Source: Selaginella moellendorffii
Taxonomy: Eukaryota; Plantae; Lycopodiophyta
DNA length: 64,000 nt
Assembly (NCBI RefSeq): GCF_000143415.4
Contig: NW_003314279.1
Span: 1,478,457 to 1,542,456 of the forward strand
Direction: 5' to 3'
Shown here: positions 23,330-35,611 of the stretch, in pieces
Layout of the letters: each line of letters opens with the position of its first letter
Numbering within the stretch: position 1 is the first letter of the stretch
Notes under the pieces: model-generated
What the model saw: the letters and a program-made list of their open reading frames with translations, nothing else
Told to the model about the DNA's origin: nothing
Databases searched by the model: none
Program-made: the position numbers and the translations under genes

Positions 23330-24424
23330 TTAGATTGGAATGTTCAATGCTGGCTCGGCCACAAAGAATGCCTCCACGCAGCATCGCCCCTCCACGATCC
23401 CCTTGCACTCCGGCAGCCATCGCCAAGCCCTCGTCGCAAGATCCAGCGCGCACACGAGCACGCCATCGTAGCTCAAGACAAAGATCCAGGAGCCGCGCCC
23501 GGCGCATCGGAAGGAATCTCTCCCAGCCCCGCCATCCAGAAAGCAGCAGCACAGCTCCCGCGGCATCTCTTCCACAAGATCCCACGATGGGGCCTCCTTG
23601 CCGAGCTTCCAGATCCGGATTGCCTCGCCCAGCGCGGCGACGAGATGAACCTCCTCGCCGCACGACACCAGATTGGAGCTCGCGATCCCGGCGGGGAGAG
23701 GGATCTGGGTCTTGCTCCACTCGCCGCGGGCAAAATCGAACGCCAGGAGCCGGCAGCGCGGGATCAAGCACGTCACGTAGAGGAATCCGGCGCTCACCAC
23801 GCCTTCGCTCTCGAGATCCAGCACGTCGATGGGCAGATCCCCCTTGCGCGCCCACGCTGAGGGTGTGGTCGAATCAAACACAAAGGTCCTCTGATCGCTC
23901 CACCCGCCCGGCCCCGCGACGAGGATCTTGTACCCGCCCTTTTGATCGATCTGGATGGCCGTGAGCAGCGGCAGCAGCCGCGAGCAGCCAGGGATCTCCG
24001 GCAGCAGCCTCCACGATCTGGTGAGAGGATTGCACGCTATGATCCGCGACGCGGCGGTGAGGCACAGCAGCCCTCCGCCAGACGCCACGACCGAGACCTC
24101 CATCTCCATCCCAAAGATTGGATCCAAAGAGAGAGGCTGCCAGCAGCCGCTCACGGGGCTGAGCGCCGCTATCACGGCGGCGCCGCCCGGCCCCGTGGCG
24201 GTGAAAAAGAGGAAGAAGGACGAATCCCCGCCGCCGCCGCCGCCGGCGGATCGATCCATCCGGGCGCACAGATTGATGAAGCCCTGCGAGAGGATCAACA
24301 GGCTCCACTCCTTGGACACGGCGCGCATTTGCAGCAATCTGGGCAGCGGCACCAGCGTGAGAACGCGCTCGATCAGCGCATCCGGGAGATCTTTCCACAC
24401 GGCGGCGCTCGCCTCCTCCTCCAT
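23330..24424 (-). CDS. F-box protein with kelch/beta-propeller-like C-terminus, intronless
   Basis: WKDLPDALIERVLTLVP...MRAVSKEW F-box; ASGGGLLC, ACNPLTRSWRLLP and WRWLPEC. Confidence 0.9.
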   Translation of the reverse strand: MEEEASAAVWKDLPDALIERVLTLVPLPRLLQMRAVSKEWSLLILSQGFINLCARMDRSAGGGGGGDSSFFLFFTATGPGGAAVIAALSPVSGCWQPLSLDPIFGMEMEVSVVASGGGLLCLTAASRIIACNPLTRSWRLLPEIPGCSRLLPLLTAIQIDQKGGYKILVAGPGGWSDQRTFVFDSTTPSAWARKGDLPIDVLDLESEGVVSAGFLYVTCLIPRCRLLAFDFARGEWSKTQIPLPAGIASSNLVSCGEEVHLVAALGEAIRIWKLGKEAPSWDLVEEMPRELCCCFLDGGAGRDSFRCAGRGSWIFVLSYDGVLVCALDLATRAWRWLPECKGIVEGRCCVEAFFVAEPALNIPI

Positions 24425-24652
24425 CGCCGCCGCTGGCCGGCCAGCGGGCGAGAAGGGTATCAAAGATTCTACCACGCCCTTTTTGAATTCTAGGGCTCCC
24501 GCGCAAAAAGAATGAGAATGACGGCCGGTAAGATAAAACCTAAAGATCCCGAGATTCCCGCGATTTTAGCGGCGGCCACTTGGACACCATTCCATGGAGG
24601 AAGAAAGATTTCCAAGGTCCTTGGAAGGAATCCTTTCTTTTCTTTCTTCCCG

Positions 24653-27178
24653 CTAAAGGCACTGGAAGCTTCGCCCGGTGGGCTTTCGAATCCCCCTATC
24701 GGCCATAGCCTTCCGTACCGTGGCCACGTCCTCCCACCGCCGCGCCGCCGCGTACAAATTGGCCAGCAGCACGTACGGCGCGGCGCTCTCGGCCTGGAGC
24801 TTGAGTACGGCGCCCACCGTGTCTTGGGCCCGGGGCATATCCCCCTGGATCTTGCAAGATCCCAGCAAGGAGTTCCACGCCGCCACGTCGGGCTCGTACG
24901 GAAGCCCCTTGACCACTCTCTCGGCTAGCTCGAGCTGCCCGATCCGGCCCAGGAGATCCACCACGCAAACGTAGTGCTCGATCGCCGGGATGAGCCCGTG
25001 ATCCATGCCCATTCTCACGAAGTAGCTCCAGCCGAGATTGCGAGTGCCCGAGTGAGAGCACGCTTGCAGGATCTCGATGTATGTGAACTTGTCCGGGAGA
25101 GATCCGTGGAGCTGCATCTGGTGGACGAGATCCAGGCTCTCGGGCAGATGCCCGTGCTGTGCATACGCTGCGATCATCGCATTCCACGATGCTACCGTGC
25201 GCTTGTGCGAGGCATTGAAGAGCGCGCTCGCCTCGGCGAGGCTGCCGCACCGCCCGTATAGATTGAGCAGCGCCGCCACCACCGCCGGGAAGATCACGTC
25301 GTGCAGCCCCTCGAGCTTGCGGTGGATCGCCCGGCCCGCGACGAGCTCGCCGAGACAGGTACACGAGTTCACGGCGTTGACGATGGTGGCCGGCGATGGC
25401 TGGAGGGAATGACCTTCCATCTCTTCCAAGAGCTCGATCGCCTCCTCGTAGCACTCGTTCTCCACCAGCGCAGCGCTCATGGCGGCGAATGCCACCGCGT
25501 CTTTGGCTGGAATCGACGCGAACGCCGCCGCGGCGAGCTCGATCCGGCCGAAGCTACCATACATCGCCACCAGCGCTGTTCCAAGCGTCAGCCTTGCGGA
25601 ATCGCTCGGATTCTCGCTCGATACCCGTTGATGCATCGCTCGCAGCTCCTCCAGCGAGCTACACGAGGAGATTCCACTGGCGAGGGCCGCGGTATCCGGA
25701 AGAACTCCCTCCGCCTCCATCGTTTGGAAGAGCTCTAGTCCTAGCGCCAGATACCCTTTCTGGGCATATGCCGCGATCATGGCAGTCCAAGTCACAACGT
25801 TCCTTTCGCCGTGGCTCTCGAATGCCCGTCTCGCGTCGTCCAAGCTCCCGCATTTTGAGAACATAGTGATCAATCCCGTGAGGATCTCATCGCGGCGATG
25901 GTAGCCGCAGTGGATCACCAGGCTGTGGATGTTTCGAGCGTCTTTTAGATCAAGCGATCCGAGCCTGGAGCACGCCTCGATCCGGATTATAAACGTCTGC
26001 GCGTTGGGCTTGGCGCCCTCGTGATCCATCTCGTGGGCGGCCTCTCGGAAGCGGCGATCGCTGCCGTTTTCCACACACGCGGCGAGGATCGAGTTCCAGG
26101 CCACGGTGTCGTGAACTGGGAGACCATCGAAGACACGTCGTGATTCTTCCAGGCAGAGGAAGCTCGAGTAGGCATTGATCAATGCCGTGCATGCGACTAC
26201 GTCCGAATCAAAGCGGCAGTCTACAATGCAAGTGTGGATCTGGCGGACTTGGGCGACGCTGGAACACGCAGAGAGGATAATCGCAAAAGTGGGAACGCTG
26301 GGTTGGATTCCCTCGAGATCCATGACCAAGAACAGCTCCATCGCTTGGTGGATTTGCCCAGTTTTGGCAATTGCCGTGATGAGAGCAGTCCAGGCCACAA
26401 CATCTTTGCCTATGATCCGATCAAACATCGCTTGCGAGCTTTCGATGCAGCCACACTTGGCATACATGTAGACCAGCGCATTTTGTATCGACACAGCGTT
26501 TTCAAACCCAAGAGCAAGGATTCGTCTATGGATTACTGTCCCTTGGCTTAGATCTTCTAGTTGCGTGCACGCAGAGACTAACCCCACAAATGTGAAGAAA
26601 TCGGGCTTCACTCCCTCCAAATCCAACTGAAAGAAACAGCAAATCGCCCTTTGACATCCAAGATACCCGCTATGGGCATATGCTGTTAGCAGCGCATTCC
26701 AAGATGCAACATCCTTTTCCACAATCACATCAAAGCTTGCTCTTGAGTGATCAAGCATGAAGAGCTTTCCGTACATGGTAATCAAAGCCGTTCCTACGTA
26801 AACATCGGACTCAAGTTCAGTTTCGATCACACATGCATGGATTTCCATCCCGAGCTCGGCAAAACCGCGACCTTGGGCTGACGAGCAAGCACGGATCGCT
26901 GTAGCGTACGTGAACCCATCGGGAAGAACCTCTCCCTCGATCACCATCTCCAGAAAAAGCCGCAGCGTGAGAAAAAAGTCCCCATTCCGGGCATACGCTG
27001 CGAGGAGGATGTTCCAGGAGAAAACATTCCGCGCGCTGATCCGATCAAACACGGCCCGCGCGCTGTCCATGCCGCAGCAGTTTCCATACATCTGGACAAC
27101 AAGATTTCCCAGAAATGTACTGCAATCCAGCAGCCCGGAGCACGAGATCTGCGAGTGGAGCCGAGCGGCAGCGTCCAT
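24653..27178 (-). CDS. PLS-class PPR protein, E/E+ type, no DYW
   Basis: 841-aa ORF with P-L-S triplets; HYVCVVDLLGRIG and YVLLANLYAAARRWEDVATVRKAMADRGIRKPTGRS. Confidence 0.95.
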   Translation of the reverse strand: MDAAARLHSQISCSGLLDCSTFLGNLVVQMYGNCCGMDSARAVFDRISARNVFSWNILLAAYARNGDFFLTLRLFLEMVIEGEVLPDGFTYATAIRACSSAQGRGFAELGMEIHACVIETELESDVYVGTALITMYGKLFMLDHSRASFDVIVEKDVASWNALLTAYAHSGYLGCQRAICCFFQLDLEGVKPDFFTFVGLVSACTQLEDLSQGTVIHRRILALGFENAVSIQNALVYMYAKCGCIESSQAMFDRIIGKDVVAWTALITAIAKTGQIHQAMELFLVMDLEGIQPSVPTFAIILSACSSVAQVRQIHTCIVDCRFDSDVVACTALINAYSSFLCLEESRRVFDGLPVHDTVAWNSILAACVENGSDRRFREAAHEMDHEGAKPNAQTFIIRIEACSRLGSLDLKDARNIHSLVIHCGYHRRDEILTGLITMFSKCGSLDDARRAFESHGERNVVTWTAMIAAYAQKGYLALGLELFQTMEAEGVLPDTAALASGISSCSSLEELRAMHQRVSSENPSDSARLTLGTALVAMYGSFGRIELAAAAFASIPAKDAVAFAAMSAALVENECYEEAIELLEEMEGHSLQPSPATIVNAVNSCTCLGELVAGRAIHRKLEGLHDVIFPAVVAALLNLYGRCGSLAEASALFNASHKRTVASWNAMIAAYAQHGHLPESLDLVHQMQLHGSLPDKFTYIEILQACSHSGTRNLGWSYFVRMGMDHGLIPAIEHYVCVVDLLGRIGQLELAERVVKGLPYEPDVAAWNSLLGSCKIQGDMPRAQDTVGAVLKLQAESAAPYVLLANLYAAARRWEDVATVRKAMADRGIRKPTGRSFQCL

Positions 27179-27699
27179 GTCCCTGCATTGCCGCGCGAGT
27201 GCTGCAAACGCGTTCTCTTGCTGGTGCCGCAGTGACAGGGCACTCCATCTGATCCCCTGTCGCCCAGCCAGGGCGATTCAAATGTAGCAATCATCCACGG
27301 ATCCAATTCCTTCTTTCGATGCAAGAGAACCAAGCATCTTATATGTTCGCTGCATATGCCCTCATCGGGCATCTAGAGACTCGTATATGCCCAGAATAGG
27401 CATTTGTAAGAGAGCTCCGTGTTTGATGGAAAGATCATGTTTGTGCTTTGACGAAAGCCATGACGAACTAGCTTCACGATTCCTTTAGTTTAAGCTAAAA
27501 ATCGCTATTTTTGCCGGAAGCAACACGGAAAGGAAACCGCGTGAGATTGCCGTGTTCTAGAAGAGGACAATTTGACCCTTTACAGTTTGTCCAAGTTTCT
27601 AGACGAATCGGTTTCCTGGACCAAGCTTTCAAACGGCGGCGGGAGCAAAACAAAGCTTGGACTTCGGCTTCGGCACAACTGCAGGGATTTCTTTTCGCC

Positions 27700-28179
27700 A
27701 TGGCTGCGCCAATCGATCAAGCCGAGCTGCGCCGCGCCTTCGACATGTTTGATTCCAACCGCGACGGCATGATCTCCAGGCAGGAGCTCCGGGAGATTGG
27801 CGACAAGCTGGGGATGCGGTGGAGCGACGAGGAGACCAGCTCAATGCTGGAGTCCGTGGACGAGAATGGGGATGGTCTGGTGGATTTTGGCGAATTCAAC
27901 GCCCTCTACTCGCAACACATCCAGGGCGAGGAGATCCAGGCGGCGGAGGAAGCGCGGATCAAGGCCGAGCTCCAGGAGGCGTTTGAGGTGTTTGACAAGA
28001 ACAAGGACGGATTTATCACGGCGCTGGAGCTCCACTCCGTGCTTTGCAGCCTCGGCCTCAAGCACGGAAGCGATATGGTCCACGTCAAGAACATGATCTC
28101 CAGCGTAGATGCCGATGGCGACCACAAGGTGAACTTTAAGGAGTTTAGAACCATGATGTCCAAGGCCCTGGCCATGTAA
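27700..28179 (+). CDS. Calmodulin-like protein with four EF hands, intronless
   Basis: EF loops DSNRDGMISRQE, DENGDGLVDFGE, DKNKDGFITALE and DADGDHKVNFKE. Confidence 0.95.
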   Translation: MAAPIDQAELRRAFDMFDSNRDGMISRQELREIGDKLGMRWSDEETSSMLESVDENGDGLVDFGEFNALYSQHIQGEEIQAAEEARIKAELQEAFEVFDKNKDGFITALELHSVLCSLGLKHGSDMVHVKNMISSVDADGDHKVNFKEFRTMMSKALAM

Positions 28180-28333
28180 CAGTAAGAACAGTGGATATGC
28201 GTGACAAAACAAGTTTGTGTGTCTCGATTTGATGGAAACCGTTTCGAGAAACTAGCAGCAGCAACTTACGAAGCTAGGATAGATTTTTAGTAGCACTGCG
28301 TGTGCCTGGCTCGAGCTCTTGTTTCGATCCATC

Positions 28334-29190
28334 TCACACCTTGTCATCGTGGAACCACCACCTCGTGTCTTTGGGCGATCGCCCGTTGCGGCAGTTCCGG
28401 ACGTAGCGATCGTTATCCGGTGGCCTCATCTGGATCAAAGCGGATGTGAGATGAGATGCGCGAGGGAAGGAAACAAGTTACTAGAAACCTTGACTGTGGA
28501 GCTCGAGAGCATCGAGAGGATGCTGATGCAGATGGAGCTGACGGTCATGGCTGGCGACCACGAATCATAGAGAATATCTGGGAGAAGAACACACACAAAA
28601 GAAATGAAAAGTTTGAGTCAATCATCCATCAAGATCTATCAAGGCTGGAGAGAAGAAAGGTTCACCTAAGCAAATGTGCCCGTTGCTGTAGACATGGGGA
28701 TGAAAGGGAGGATTGTGGATGAAGATAACCTGCCAATCGGATCAGCAAAAGCTATGCGAGAAGGAAAAAGAAAAAAAAAACGTTTTTTTTTCACGTACTT
28801 GAGGAGCTTCCATGGGATAGTGCTCGGGGAAATCCACTTGCAGCTGGAATTGCTCATTTGCGTAGAGCGTGCCAGGTGCTCCACTCACTTCAATGATCCA
28901 CCTGGATCCAAATCGAATCAACCAAAAGCACAGGAATCAAACACACAGCTCGTCCAAAACGAGAAAAACAAAAACGAAACTATTACACACCTTTGGAGAT
29001 TATCGGTCGGCCTGTGCTTGAATCCGGCAGGGGGATTGTTCTCCCACTCCTTAAGCTCCTTGTGCAATCGGTTCGTGGCAATCTTGCTGAGAGCCTGGGC
29101 GCGAGAGAGGGGGGGACGAAGCAGGAGAAACCACAGACCTAAATCCCGCAATGCGAGAATTCTCACCTTCTGAGGTACCGATGTGCTCAT
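28334..29190 (-). CDS. Ubiquitin-conjugating enzyme E2, UBC15-18/UBE2W class
   Basis: IATNRLHKEL, GAPGTLYANE.FQLQVDFPEHYPMEAPQ, HPHVYSNGHICL|DILYDSWSPAM and C-terminal TRWWFHDDKV. Confidence 0.95.
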
Positions 29191-29476
29191 GATGCCCAGC
29201 AAAATGCCCGCGATTGCCCTGCGATTGCCGATCGGGCGCCCCAAAACATGCTCGCGAGACAAACCAAGGAGACAAAAACAAGGGTTTTCCCGGCCGGGAA
29301 TATGCCACAGCTATTCCCGCGGACCCGTACACCAGATCCGACGGCCCAGATCCGCAGCCGCCGTACGGGCGATCTAGCGGCACATTCGAATCCGGTGGTG
29401 CATATTCTACGCATCTGATCCCTTTTGGCTATGGTATAAGAGGTCACAGAGGGAGGTAAGAGCGCAGATAAGAGAA

Positions 29477-29836
29477 ATGGAGAGGATGATGAGCAGCGAC
29501 GATCAATTGTTTGAGCTAGAAAGGGGCGTCGCAGCGAAGATCCGGGCGATGATCCGGCGGATGGAGGCGAGCAATGTCGATTCCACGGCGATCAAGCAGA
29601 GGGCGCGGGGGCAATTGCCTTCCAAGGTACTGAGCGTCATGAGCGGCAGGAGGCAAGCCCAAAATCTCGGCTCTAGCGCGGCGGATGTGGAGCAAGTTAG
29701 CGTAGATTCGGCCAGCCTCCTCTATTTCATGCTCCTGGCCGCAGCCGATCAAGAACAATAGCAAACACCAAAACAACTGGGTCGATCTAGAATCTCTTGA
29801 AGAGAATATGGTGGTGATCAAGGACCTCGACCCTTA
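29477..29836 (+). CDS. Small hypothetical protein, about 100 aa, probably 2 exons
   Basis: ATG-started GC-rich ORF 29477-29761. A plausible intron at about 29696-29743 extends it to PIKNNSKHQNNWVDLESLEENMVVIKDLDP*. Confidence 0.45.
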
Positions 29837-30151
29837 GAATCTAAAACCTATAATTTTTCGTACCAAATGCTTGTCAACGTGAATAAAAGGCTTTATTGCA
29901 AACACAAAACTTATTATCTCGTCTATAATGCTTATTACTAGGAGCAAACATCTGTTTGCTTTTCTTGAAAGTGATGGAATCCCCGTAGCTTCAATAAAAC
30001 CACTTGAAATCATTGGAATCCTCCGCGAGTGGAGCACCCCATTGTTCCATCGCCAAATTCTTTACGCAAGCGCGTGCCAATTATTGGTATGTTGATTACG
30101 ATAGGAAATGAATTTACATAATGGAGAAGCGTCCTGTAGAACTTGGATCAT

Positions 30152-32101
30152 TCACGCTGTTGGTTTGTCTACGCACGAAGTTAAAACACACACTTGAGTA
30201 TACGCAACAAAGAGGGAAGAATGCGTTTCTTACTGATTGGCTTCACCACATTCTCTGTTTCCGTTGGTGGATTCCAGAGGATGGTCGTCTCCGCGATCAT
30301 CGAGGTCACAACGTAGGGGTCCATGTTTGATGCTGGACGACGGTCCTCAAAGTAACCTGCATAGATACAAGAGTTTAGCTTGATCACAATGAACAGAGAT
30401 GATACACACACCTTTTCCTTCCTTTTCGGTGTCACGGCCAACGCGAACCGATGCTCCACGGTTGGCCACACCCTGAGGAAATGAAAAAACAATCGAGGGA
30501 AGCATTGAGCAAAGTCTCTTCTTTTTTGTGTGGTGTGGAAGACTTACCCAGGAGAAGGTATGAATGTCTGCCGTCTCGTGCCTGCCAGTCAAGCGCCGCT
30601 CGTTGCCTTCTCCATAAGCAGCAATGTGGTCCTTGTGTTTCAAGCCAAGCTTGCCGATGGCCTTCTTGATAAGCTCGTAGCCACCCTCTTCTCTCATCCT
30701 CTTGGTGCTGTTGATGGTATGTTAGTTGCCATGGCAGAAACATGAAGCAAAGAATCATACCTGTAGTTTGTGTGACATCCGGCACCATTCCAGTCACCCT
30801 GGCACGAGAACAATCGTCAACCACACCTCTTTTCCTTAAAGCTTTTCTCACCTCGATTGGCTTCGGATCAAAGGAAAGCACGACATTAGCAATCTCGGTG
30901 ATTCGCTGCATGGAAAACATCAGCTGAATGATCTCCACTATATTGATCACAGTTTTACCTCCAGAATGTATCTCGCGGCCCAGAGCTGGTCGCCAGCAGA
31001 GATCCCAACCACGGGCCCGACTTGAAACTCCCACTGCAAAACCAGGAACAAGAGGAGGAAAATGAGAGAGTGCTTCTTAGAGAAGGAAAACCAATACAAA
31101 CCTGTCCCGGCATGACTTCTCCATTGATGCCACTGATCTGGATACCAGCGTAGATGCAAGCTTTGTAATGAGCATTCACAATGTCTCTCCCCCAAGCTTT
31201 CTCCGCTCCAGTTCCGCAATAGTATGGTCCCTGTTGGCGTGCGTAAGAAACGAAGACTTTTGCAGCGAGCCAAGTCAAATGTATACCTGCGGGCCAGGAT
31301 AGCCGCCAAGCGGCCATCCTAGTGGCCACTTGACTTCCTTCTGGAGCAATGTATACTCTTGCTCGATTCCATACCTGTCACAGTTCGCAAATTCACATTC
31401 CAGTTAGACAAAAAAAAAAGGAAAGGATTCATTCACGCTTTGCAACTTCATGCACGCCACTACTAAGATCACGAGAACTTACCAAGGGACTTCATCAATG
31501 ACAGCCTTTTGGTTGAAAATCTCCGCGGCTTTCGCACGCTTGTTCGTGGGGAGCGCGACTCCCTTTGGTGTGTAAGTGTCGCAGATAACCTTGGCAAGAG
31601 AAACAAAACCAGGATTATGGATACGAGGGACGAAGGATCCAAAGAAATTACCAAGATGTTGTGTCCTCCCCGGAAAGGATCCTTGAAAATCGCCTGGGGG
31701 CTTTCAAAGTTCGTTCGTTCACACAGGAACGCCAGTGATCATAGTATCAATCACAAAGAAATAGAGGGAACTTACTATAGAATGACCTCACTATCCTCGC
31801 CTGGGGCCTGTCCGGTGCTGGAGCCATCGTAGTTCCACTTGGGGAGCTGCTTGGGATCGGTAATCGGTCCCTTGAGAGTCTGTGGAAACGAAGCAAAATC
31901 CGTGAGAAATCCTGGCAATGCACGCGCAGGGATTACATACTCGGCCCTTGCTCCGGATGTCCGTCCCCGACCCTCCAATCCTGCGCCATGCCAATCAATC
32001 GGGGCTTTCAATCAAGAACATCTTCCATACCATATGTACTCGGCGATGATCTGATTCGTGTCAGAGATGTCGAGGTTGAGCAGATCGTTGAGAGACGACA
32101 T
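30152..32101 (-). CDS. GLN1: Glutamine synthetase, GS1-type, multi-exon
   Basis: [49 protein letters not shown]|[22 protein letters not shown] and [16 protein letters not shown] last short exon at 30168-30152 is inferred; the unspliced stop is at 30181. Confidence 0.97.
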
Positions 32102-32499
32102 CCTTGGAGTCGCGCGCCGCGCCGGCGAGGTGAAGAACAAGCTCCCGGATCGCAGTCTCGCAGCGCCAAACAAAACCTGATTTAAAGCCGGCCCTCGAGT
32201 CCGGCCACTAGAAAATCTCCGGAATTGCGCCCCCGGCCGTACGCGGGGCCCAAACGGACGCTCCGGATTGGGCCGTACGCCTCCGCCCAACCACACCCTC
32301 TCCTTGCAATCCATCCGCCAACCACACGTTCGTGTGTGCTTGGATGGGTTTGACTTTTTAGTGTGGCCCGGTTAGTCAAACCGTTGAATTCGAATGTTTG
32401 ACAAGCGCGCACCTAAACGCCTCTCTTCCTGAAGGGCAGGCTAGAGCCTTTGCCATGCACAAACAGCCTTGGTGCCTCTAGCGCTACCTGAAATCTTGC

Positions 32500-34750
32500 T
32501 CTCACCTATGTGCATTGGTCTTGCTCTTGCTTAAATTTTGCTCTAGAATGACCCTTTGGTGCGCTCAAATTCTAGGAACGGGTTCTTCTACAACAGCTCC
32601 AGATTGTCTTGGAGGGGCACCACGTCATTTATATATGTATTGAGGTGTGGTCAAGCTTCTTCTTCTTTTTCTGTGATTAGATCAGCTATTTTTGTGTGGA
32701 CTATACCAAGATGTCAATTTTCTGGATCCGCTGCAGTCTTGGGATGGTGCATTGTGTAAGCTTATTTGTGCCACGTAGCCCTATTAGGGTGCCACATCCA
32801 CATGAAGACGATGTTGTATGTCCCAAAGACTTGTCATACTAAGTTGACATATAGGCTATTTTAGTGCCCATTGGATGGCTAACAACATTGCATGATATTC
32901 CACCTCGTTAGAAGAAGACCTCAAAACCACCATTGATGTGAAAATGTCCGAAAGGACTGGCAGATAAGTATTTCTTATACCTAAAATCACATTGGTGACA
33001 ATAACAAAGATTACTTCATGGAAGTTGCATTAGACAATGAATGCTACTTAGATTCATATTTCATACCAGCTAAAAGAAATTATGCTTGCAAAAGTTGATT
33101 TGGCCATTGCATTATAGCAAGTCCATACTTTGAAAACCTTGTGAGATTGAGCAAAAACTAGAATTCCCATTTCACCTCCTGCATGGATTCATTTCCAAAA
33201 TGGGTTTCCAGATTATCTTGGATCTGCATTGCCAACCTAAGGTTTGGCATAAAAAATTTGGGGTTTTAGAAGGTTTGTTGACATCATAAAAAAGTAAAAT
33301 GCACAACAATATTACATTGTGTTTTTTACTATATTTACTGTTGTGAAGTATAAAAGGTAATTAAGTACTAAAGATGGCAACAATGTTATTTACTTGGCAT
33401 ACAATAGCAGTTTTTTGTGTACTGTTGATTCACACATACACATCTCTTACTTATAGTGTATGAGTAATTGAACTTTTCACAGCACGCCAAACTTAATATC
33501 TCACCTCTTTCATATCAATCTAAGAATAAAAAAATACTAAAAGAGCTTCTAGTTTTAGTATGAATTTTACAATAGAGTGCCACCAAGACAGTAGCATAGA
33601 AACCACAAAAATGGCAGTAGCTAGGTTAGTGACTTTTCTTGTCAGGATGATGGTTCTAGTGAGTTCAAGATGGGAAAACCAACAACAGCAGTAGGGTAAA
33701 GGCTTCTTGCCAACCATCCCATTATATCCAGATGTTGAGTTGGGTAAGTATTTTATCTCTTATTTTGTGTGACCATCTGATGAGAGGACTCTTGTGCCAG
33801 TGTCTTGGGCTTGGGAAAACTTGACAAAGCTGCAGCCAAGATGTTCTTCCAGGATCACTAGTCATTGCCCAGCATATGCTGCCCAATTAACAAACACTGT
33901 TTAGATTATCATTATTACATTGAAAATTAAATTGAAATAGTATCAAAAAAACATATATTAAATTCCACCTTGAAAGAAGAATTGAAAAATTAATTATAAA
34001 CATTATGTTTTTTCATAGAAAATTATCATAACTAGTTTGGAGCATATGGAAGGATATATTTTGAGTGATTGCAATATGCCTGATGTAAGGATTTTTATCT
34101 TTTAGGAGTTTCTCTCACTTTTATCAATTCAAAGGGATTGAAAAACCTTGAGCTAGGGGCATGAAAGTGAGATGAAATGCTGCTATGAAGTCTGCAGGTG
34201 GTGACCCAGACAGCGCACTTGGGTGAAAAAGAAGCAATGGGCTTGACACAAAGTCACGCGAATTAGTTTGATTAAGAAAGTTTATAATTTATAAATAAAA
34301 AATGCTAGAATATACTTGAAGGTGTTTAAAGAAGATTAGAGAATATCCAAGCATATTCTAGATACAGCCAAGAAAACCAGAATAAAAGTAAAAATCTTAA
34401 TTGTAAAAATAATTAGAGTACCCACTCTAGATTCCTAAGCTACCACCATAAGATACTCTTAAGAAATCCATGACTTCTTAACGTAAACTCTATGTTGCAT
34501 TAGGTGAAGGCCGGTCTCCTTCCAGAAGTTTGGATGGTAGAAGTTTCTTGTTAGACAAGAAGTGCTATTAGAATCTTTTGCAATATTGTTAAATATTATG
34601 TGATTCATTTGTGTCGAAACAGGTCTTTTGTAAGTTCAGAGGTGCTGCTGTATAGAATGCATAGAAGTTTTCCTCTAAATTTCTCAAGGACAGTAAAGAG
34701 CTGTTCCAATCACTAGTGGCCAACTAGGCAGACGATGGAAGCTAGAGTGG
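32500..34750. other. AT-rich, CpG-poor intergenic or decayed-repeat segment
   Basis: No long ORF or recognisable domain; composition resembles the other decayed tracts. Confidence 0.35.
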
Positions 34751-34996
34751 GAAACCTCCGGGAGGCAACGCTTGGCAGCTTCGATGACTCTCTTGATGAA
34801 AGGCATTTGAAAATATTGCGACTATAATGCCACGGCCATCTCAAATGCCACGTCATACGCCTCTTTAGCAATATATATTAAAGATACGAATTTCTGTGTC
34901 CAAAGGGTAACAAAATTTGGGCCTTCTCAATTATTGAGCATTGAAAACACAGCGCCCTTATTGCAAACGCAGTGCTAGGGTTTTGTTGATCGATCG

Positions 34997-35611
34997 ATGG
35001 CTGTTGCTTCCTCCTCCGCCAATCTCCCAAGGTTTCCAAGATCGGGGCTAGGGCTCTCGAATCGCAGCTCCAGCGGCGCCACTCGGCGGGGCGCCTGTGT
35101 CCGGTGCGCGTATGCGCCTCGCGGCGGGAGGGTCGCCCTCGCGGAGCGCGCAGCGCAGCCGAATTTCTACGAGGTTTTGGGATTATCGTCGCAAGACGTG
35201 GATTTGTCGAGCATCAAGCTGGCCTACCGGCAAATGGCGAGGAAATATCACCCGGATGTGTGCCCCAGGGAGGAGATGGAGGAATGCACGCAGCGATTCA
35301 TCGTTCTCCAGGAGGCGTATGAGACGCTGTCGGATTCCAGGCGCCGTGCCATGTACGATCTCGCCATCTCGGGCGCGCTCGATTCGCACGGGATTGCGGT
35401 GTCCTGGGCGACGGATTTCGAGGTGGGTTTCTCACTCTTTTCTTTCTTTCGCTCGAAAGGAATCTAATCTTTGATCGATCTTCTCCAGGATGATTGGAGG
35501 ATGAGATGGGCCGATCAGCTATCCGGGCTGAAGAGAAGGAGCGCCGTGAAAGAACACGAGAATCGAGAGAGCTGGGCTGCGAGGATCCGGCGGCAACAGC
35601 AACGGCAATAG
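34997..35611 (+). CDS. Small chloroplast J-domain protein, J20-like, 2 exons
   Basis: Ser/Arg-rich transit peptide; J domain with YHPDVC; tail WRMRWADQLSGLKRRS...SWAARIRRQ. Confidence 0.92.

Noticed and set aside
27511-27699. N-terminal extension of the calmodulin-like ORF
   Set aside because: It begins at a non-ATG codon; ATG 27700 has good context and gives a normal-size protein.
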